From Candidatus Aldehydirespiratoraceae bacterium (GTDB lineage Bacteria; Actinomycetota; Acidimicrobiia; Acidimicrobiales; Aldehydirespiratoraceae): DNA of 64,000 bases. Where the stretch lies: contig OZ244898.1 in NCBI GenBank assembly GCA_965221585.1, forward strand, positions 1,017,420 to 1,081,419. Reading direction: 5' to 3'. Below the pieces are notes generated by a model that saw only the letters and a list, made by a program, of their open reading frames with translations, was not told the origin of the DNA and searched no databases. Below are positions 63,451 through 64,000 of this stretch, piece after piece (within the stretch, counting starts at the first letter, position 1; each line of letters starts with the position of its first letter). The translations under genes were made by a program, and so were the position numbers.

Positions 63451-64000
63451 GTGAGTGTGGACTGGGATGCTGTTGCAGCCGTTGGCCTTTACGACCCCAC
63501 CTCCGCCGATGCCGCGACTCGGCGAGAACTGATCGAACTGTTGGCCTCCCACGGAGCCACGGTCAAGCAGATGACCGAGGCCATCAAGATCGGCGAGTTG
63601 TGGGAACTGGCGATCGAGTTGGTCTATGGGAAATCGTCGCAGATGTCGGCCCGCGAGCTGGCCCAGCAAGCCGGTGTGGACCTGAAGGTTATCGAGATCA
63701 TCTACCGCGTTTCCGGGGTGCCGGTCACCGATCCCGATGAACCCAGGTTCGGCCCTCAGGACCTGGAGTTGGTCTGCGGTCTGGGGGACGTCGCCGGGGG
63801 CAGGTTCTTTCAGCGGGACGAACTGGGTGAGATACTCCGGGTCTTCGGGGAGGCCGTCGGCCGCATCGCCGACGCCGCGGTGGCGATGTATCAGCAGGGC
63901 GCCTACCAGCGGATGCTGGCTTCGGGAGCCAGCGAATTGGACAGGGCCAAGCTCACCATCGCCAGCGCTTCGGAGGCGATGGTCTTCCCGCAGTTGTTGA
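63451..64000 (+). CDS. 5' part of a CDS running off the window (helical N-terminal region, possibly a cyclase-type regulatory domain)
   Basis: GTG 63451. The frame stays open to nt 64000 and reads VSVDWDAVAAVGLYDPTSADAATRRELIELLASHGATVKQMTEAIKIGELWELAIE... It is absent from the ORF track because it has no stop in the window. Confidence 0.5.
   Translation, partial: MSVDWDAVAAVGLYDPTSADAATRRELIELLASHGATVKQMTEAIKIGELWELAIELVYGKSSQMSARELAQQAGVDLKVIEIIYRVSGVPVTDPDEPRFGPQDLELVCGLGDVAGGRFFQRDELGEILRVFGEAVGRIADAAVAMYQQGAYQRMLASGASELDRAKLTIASASEAMVFPQLL

Noticed and set aside
63737-64000. Track ORF 63737..64000 (+) as a gene.
   Set aside because: It has off-frame composition (Arg/Ser/Pro/Trp-rich). 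An alternative frame open from 63451 to the window end gives a far more protein-like sequence.

Overview
GC-rich, actinobacterial-type chromosomal segment with no rRNA, CRISPR array, integrase or transposase that I can see. From 1 to 31 kb it is a housekeeping block colinear with the mycobacterial order rsmI, metG, tatD, rpf, ksgA, ispE ... prs, rplY, pth, mfd, mazG, eno, ftsB-like, DUF501, ppx. It also holds tRNA-Gln(TTG), tRNA-Leu(TAA) and a 30-codon bS22 gene too short for the ORF track. Two things interrupt this block. An antisense nitroreductase-SRPBCC fusion lies between ksgA and ispE. A roughly 10 kb module lies between ftsB and DUF501: a CoxL-like molybdoenzyme large subunit, an ABC-2 exporter, and CoxD/CoxE/XdhC/MocA/CoxG-type maturation genes, with no medium or small subunit genes. 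From 31 to 64 kb the content is accessory. It includes an acyl-CoA ligase and hydratase, an MFS transporter, a PQQ dehydrogenase and a Cas4-like nuclease. An orphan 845-aa secreted repeat/propeller protein sits next to tRNA-Leu between AT-richer spacers. Then come a LysR-linked PanB-like/fatty-acid-hydroxylase pair, and a tightly overlapped ChsH/DUF35/Ltp2-like side-chain cleavage operon with a tandem-fused CoA-transferase and a divergent Baeyer-Villiger monooxygenase. The last units are the circularly permuted ATP-grasp/alpha-E/transglutaminase triad and an operon of an alpha/beta hydrolase, a membrane-anchored MurF-like ligase and Ddl. The candidates I rate highest for undescribed biology are the membrane MurF-like/Ddl operon, the tRNA-adjacent secreted protein, the ATP-grasp triad and the orphan CoxL module. 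Several intergenic spacers carry short exact tandem repeats. All calls come from reading the sequence and the supplied translations; no searches were run.
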